A stretch of DNA of 62,827 nucleotides, counting the filler, from Nemertoderma westbladi (taxonomy: Eukaryota; Animalia; Xenacoelomorpha), in NCBI GenBank assembly GCA_032718475.1. It is 3 parts of 3 records of this genome, joined end to end, with 100 filler letters (N's around TTAATTAATTAA, not from the genome) between each part and the next. Parts side by side here need not be neighbours in the genome. Positions count along the whole stretch, not along the records: positions 48,478 to 62,827 come from JAUCBJ010008488.1; 2 more parts are not named here. The stretch is one strand, 5' to 3'. Shown here in pieces: positions 58,868 to 62,827 of the stretch (position 1 is the stretch's first letter; each line of letters opens with the position of its first letter). Below the pieces are notes generated by a model. The model had not been told where the DNA came from and searched no databases. It was given only the letters and a program-made list of their open reading frames with translations. The position numbers were made by a program, and so were the translations under genes.

Positions 58868-59476
58868 AATAGGCCTAATTGCCTAACTATTATTGCCTAT
58901 GTCCTACTGTATTACTGTACTTATTCTGTTATTAGGTTTCAGTATTACGGCAGTACTGAAGTTTTTGTCTAACATCCAGGAAGTGCAAGGCCTATTGCTG
59001 CAGTAGTATAGTATTTATTTTGAGGGATTATGTATTTGTTTTGGGGGAAAATGTATTTATTTTGGGCGAAAATGTATTTGTTTTGGGGGAAAATGTATGT
59101 GTTTTGGGGGAAAATGTATTTATTTTGGGCTAAAATTTAATGTTTTGGGGGAAAATGTATTTGTTTTAGGAAGATTTGTAATTATTTTGGGGGTTTTGTC
59201 ATTTATTTTGGTGCTAATAATTGGTTTTGGGGAGCATTTATTTATTTTGGTATTGAATAATTGGTTTTGGTGTTGAATATTTTATATTTATTTAATTTAA
59301 TTATTTTGGTGTTTGGATAATTTTATTTGGGGTGACTTTAATTGGTAGCCTAATATAATTTATTATATAAAATAGGAAGTTATTCGTATAACTTCCTTTG
59401 TTGAGGGTTCAGGATGTATCCCTCCTGCCCAATCTGCCATCCGGTTGGGGTTTGATTGTCAGTTACACGGCCCAAC

Positions 59477-59842
59477 AACGGGGTGGATACAAAATAAAGA
59501 CGCAAAGAATGAAGACCTGTACAAAACACATGTGTTAACTTTCGTTTATTGTTTTGGTTCCCCCAACACGCCTCTGTAATCTGCAATTTAAATGGTAATG
59601 AGACCTAACTCTCTTTGGAACCTAACGCGACTTTACCTCTTTGTTTTGTACAACAGGTCACAAAGAGCGTTAGGTCCCATTTCCATTTAAAGGAGCAGGT
59701 TAGTAAAGTAACAGGTTACCGAGTCGTGTTGGGGGGAACCAAAACAATAAACGAAAGTTAACACATGTTACAAGATCTTTAATTAGACAGAGGTCTTTAT
59801 AATTCGGTCTTTGGTCTTTGTTTTGTACTCACCACCCCCCAA
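59477..59842. mobile_element. Diverged fold-back MITE downstream of NAGLU
   Basis: ACATGTGTTAACTTTCGTTTATTGTTTTGGTTCCCCC (about 59528-59564) is inverted at about 59732-59768. Weaker pairing extends inside and outside these arms. Confidence 0.75.
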
Positions 59843-59999
59843 CAACGATTAGTAGATAATTATGCACCAATGATATTAACTGTGGTTAAACTTTCCATAG
59901 GAAACAGTTTCCAATAAGCCAATATTCCGAGTTCGTTTTTTATTGATTGGATGTCGGCTGTGCCGGCAGCGTTATGATGGATAATATTAGTTTGTGAGA

Positions 60000-62045
60000 T
60001 TAAATAATAATAACAACATCATTGTCTTCACTCAACACATCTTCAAGTATTTTATTAAGATTATTGTGTATTATAATAGACCACTTCTTATATAACAGCT
60101 GTACAACCTTAATTGTGTCTTCCACAGGCGTTATCGGGTAGGTTTGGTTACTGTAACACCAATACCGTCCCATAAACAGATCCTCTTGACCGAAACTAGC
60201 TGCGTTTACAGGAATACCCGTCAGCTTGGATAGTTGGAGATGCTTTATAAAGAGTTGCCATCGCGGGTGGTAGTAATCACTGACTAACCCGTGCCACTGT
60301 TTACCTGCGTAGTCCCGTCTATTAGGAGTCCACAATGTTATCTGGATACGAGCGTTAAACTCCATAGACTTTTTATCTTCTTCAGTCACCCCTTTTTTCC
60401 TAGCTTCTGCTATCCATTTCCCCAACATGTACCGACTGTCTGTCCCCAGAACTCGATTCGCATCCATTAGGGACTCGAGCAGTAGGTCACCCATAGTCGT
60501 CATATCGTCGAACGTTCCAGAATGATACGCCGTCATCATATTTCTGTATGTCACAGCGGAAACCTCTTGCATTATCTGTCGAGTGATGTCAACCAAATCG
60601 TATCGAAATGTTTCCTTACTTCCCAGTGCTGATATCGCCTCTGTCATGTTCCCCCACGCGTAATAAACGTCGCTTCTATTGTAATTAGCGGTGACTTTAA
60701 TGAACTCGTTAGGACGAACTATCTGCATACCGAAGTGTGTGTTACCGTAGGATTTAGTGTTGTAGAGAGATCTAAGAAGCAGCTGCCAAGCATTCGCTGT
60801 CGACTTGAGGTCTGCCCCGTATCTCCGTTTTGCGTAGGTTGTTATCCATTGAGGAAGTTCGTCCCCAAACGATTTATTACTCAAGTGCATTTCGCTCATA
60901 ATTTCGTACATGACTTCATTCTGAAAGATTCCTTCTGGAGTGATACCTGTTCCTACTACTGTATTGTTAACCCGATTCATAGCCTCGATAACACCGTTGG
61001 TGACTCTATCTAGCGCCCCAAACATCCCCAATCTACCGCCAAAGTTATGTTCCATGCACCAAATATAAGGCAATCCATAGAAACTATCTGTTTTAATATT
61101 GATTGGTTCGTACTCCGCATAAAGATCCAACATCATTAATCTACCCAATGGGACACCATATAGATAAGCCTTTATTCTTTCTGGCGTCCAATAGCCTTCT
61201 AGAAACAACCACCCTTGCATTAACCAAACTGCTTGAGGGTCTACTCTTTTCAGAGCGGTGAAGGTCATATTGCTATTTTGTTTGAGATACGATAGACTGG
61301 TTTCAGTTGGAGGCATTTCGTTAAAAGTATCCATGTTATATATATGATTAGTGCCGTATAACTTGATCAGGAGTTTATAGTATGCTTCTCCGAATTTCTG
61401 GAACAGTGGGTCGTCCGCGTCTAAGAGAGTGGTGCAACAGTAAGTTGCATTCATTCTCCCCCAGTCGCCGAGGTGAGTGACAGTCGCATTTGGATAAACC
61501 CGAGAGATTGCTTTTGGTACGTGTCCACTGAATCCAGGAAGAACGGGAATTATTCCGAATTCCCTCATCCTCTTTAGTATCCGTAGTTGCAACTCGTATT
61601 GTCCCGATATCCAGGATTGAGGCAGTGGCCCACCCCAACCGTCCATGTTCCCCATTCGCTGCCAGGCGAGGAACGCTGGTCCTGAGAAAAATCCATCGAT
61701 GTCCTGAGTGGTGAATCCCAAAGACAGCCAGACTTTCTGCCAGACGTACTCCTGTCCGGTGAATGCGAGAGGTAGGTTATACCCGTTCATAACCATCCAA
61801 TCGATTTCACGCTCCCATCTCGTCCAGTCCCACCAGACCATGGAGTAACTCACGGTGCAGACGTTCTGGTAGTAACGGAACTGGTGCGGACTAGTTACTA
61901 TCAGTTTGTTTCCAGGTACCGATGGGAGGGTGGACGGGAGATGAAGCTGATCTGCTGACCAGTTGATCTGGCAACCGCACGAGGTCTTTAAGTAGTAGTT
62001 AAATCCCCAGGCCGCCGCTACTCCAGTTGTACCTGTAATTTGCAC
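60000..62045 (-). CDS. NAGLU: Alpha-N-acetylglucosaminidase (GH89), exon 2
   Basis: RYYQNVCTVSYSMVWWDWTRWEREIDWM, PLAFTGQE, GPAFLAWQRMGN, DTFNEM, WLMQGWLF, HNFGG, GITPEG, DYAGKQW.GL..DYY.PRW. Acceptor TTTTAG at 62046. Confidence 0.96.
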   Translation of the reverse strand: MQITGTTGVAAAWGFNYYLKTSCGCQINWSADQLHLPSTLPSVPGNKLIVTSPHQFRYYQNVCTVSYSMVWWDWTRWEREIDWMVMNGYNLPLAFTGQEYVWQKVWLSLGFTTQDIDGFFSGPAFLAWQRMGNMDGWGGPLPQSWISGQYELQLRILKRMREFGIIPVLPGFSGHVPKAISRVYPNATVTHLGDWGRMNATYCCTTLLDADDPLFQKFGEAYYKLLIKLYGTNHIYNMDTFNEMPPTETSLSYLKQNSNMTFTALKRVDPQAVWLMQGWLFLEGYWTPERIKAYLYGVPLGRLMMLDLYAEYEPINIKTDSFYGLPYIWCMEHNFGGRLGMFGALDRVTNGVIEAMNRVNNTVVGTGITPEGIFQNEVMYEIMSEMHLSNKSFGDELPQWITTYAKRRYGADLKSTANAWQLLLRSLYNTKSYGNTHFGMQIVRPNEFIKVTANYNRSDVYYAWGNMTEAISALGSKETFRYDLVDITRQIMQEVSAVTYRNMMTAYHSGTFDDMTTMGDLLLESLMDANRVLGTDSRYMLGKWIAEARKKGVTEEDKKSMEFNARIQITLWTPNRRDYAGKQWHGLVSDYYHPRWQLFIKHLQLSKLTGIPVNAASFGQEDLFMGRYWCYSNQTYPITPVEDTIKVVQLLYKKWSIIIHNNLNKILEDVLSEDNDVVIII

Positions 62046-62205
62046 CTAAAATTTTATTAAATTAATTAAAAAAGGTTATCATAACCTATACTATTATTAA
62101 AAAACGTGAGGAAATGTAAATTAAGATAAATAATATTTATAATGTAACAACGGCTTTTTAAATACCCAGCTGTAAAAATTATTATAAGTATAACTAACAA
62201 CTTAC

Positions 62206-62457
62206 CTTTCCCGCGGCAGTAGTTATCATAAAAGTATCGAGCGGAGGCTTCTCAGCGATACTGGGGTCGACTTTTACTTTGAACTCATTAGCTCGTAGCG
62301 GAATCAATCGCTTTATTAGTTGAGTTACTGCATCAGCAGATGCATCGCGATGCGGTTGGTAGTGAAGGTTGTCTAGAGCAGCGAAGGAAGGGGCGCTATT
62401 TGATAAAGGGAACACTAGCGTTGCTATTACAGCTAGCAAACAACTGCTCTGAATCAT
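62206..62457 (-). CDS. NAGLU: NAGLU exon 1 (signal peptide and N-terminal domain); spliced product about 765 aa
   Basis: Hydrophobic signal peptide, AV..LIKRLIP....F.V.VD motif. Donor AAG/GTAAGT at 62206/62205, phase 0, 160-bp intron. Confidence 0.9.
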
Positions 62458-62827
62458 ATTGTTGTAATCTTCTAGAAATATAACTATTTACTGTTTTCTA
62501 ATTTATAACCTTCCCAATGAATGGCTTGTTTATGTGACTTTATCTATCCAATATATTATTATTAGGAATCTGATATGATTTTAATGTATAAATATGATTG
62601 ATTCCGATTAATTACACCACTGTTTTCTATCACAAACACACCCTTATCTTTTATATTGTATGCTACATACGTTCCACGTACTTTGGTCTACTGATATATG
62701 CGTTTCCATGATGCTGCAAAATGTGTTCCGATAACTTAATTTGACTTTAAACAAATAAAATGTATTCGCATTGTAATAACTATTTACATACTAGTATGTA
62801 AAGTAGCACTTTACACACTAGTATGTA

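Larger units (their letters stand above)
54544..59357. mobile_element. Old fold-back/TIR element with ~21-bp CCCCAAAAACAATTATT-type subrepeats, hosting two HINE-like insertions
   Basis: Left end TATATTCGCCACTAATTGAATGCCACCCCAAAT resembles the reverse complement of 59324-59357. CCCCAAAA repeats at 54590-54760 and 56617-56785 are mirrored by TTTTGGGG repeats at 59015-59330. Confidence 0.6.

Overview
This is AT-rich animal (invertebrate-type) genomic DNA, made of three contigs joined by artificial N44-TTAATTAATTAA-N44 spacers at 26200-26299 and 48378-48477. Contig 1 (1-26199) is mostly LTR retrotransposon. It holds the 3' half of a + strand BEL/Pao element that ends in a LTR-PBS-spacer-PPT-LTR tandem. 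It also holds a decayed - strand BEL/Pao element that lacks integrase and carries a very young nested Ty3/Gypsy element (identical 301-bp LTRs, 5-bp TSD). Two observations stand out. (1) Both BEL/Pao elements, though highly divergent, carry a homologous extra ORF in the env position, encoding a DEDDy-type 3'-5' exonuclease-like domain followed by three Cys/His zinc knuckles. (2) In the young Gypsy element the whole RT-RNase H region is replaced in frame by about 39 copies of a 12-bp repeat encoding (SDIT)n, while Gag, protease and integrase stay in one open ORF. Contigs 2-3 hold four intron-poor host genes: NOMO, GLYCTK, SF3A3 (with a frameshift) and NAGLU. Around them are RTE and RLE LINE fragments, two tRNA-derived SINE-like elements (one with a hammerhead-like core), hAT/P/Harbinger-like MITEs, two Helentron/HINE-like copies, minisatellites and Tc1-type excision footprints. 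All calls come from reading motifs by eye; no database search was run.
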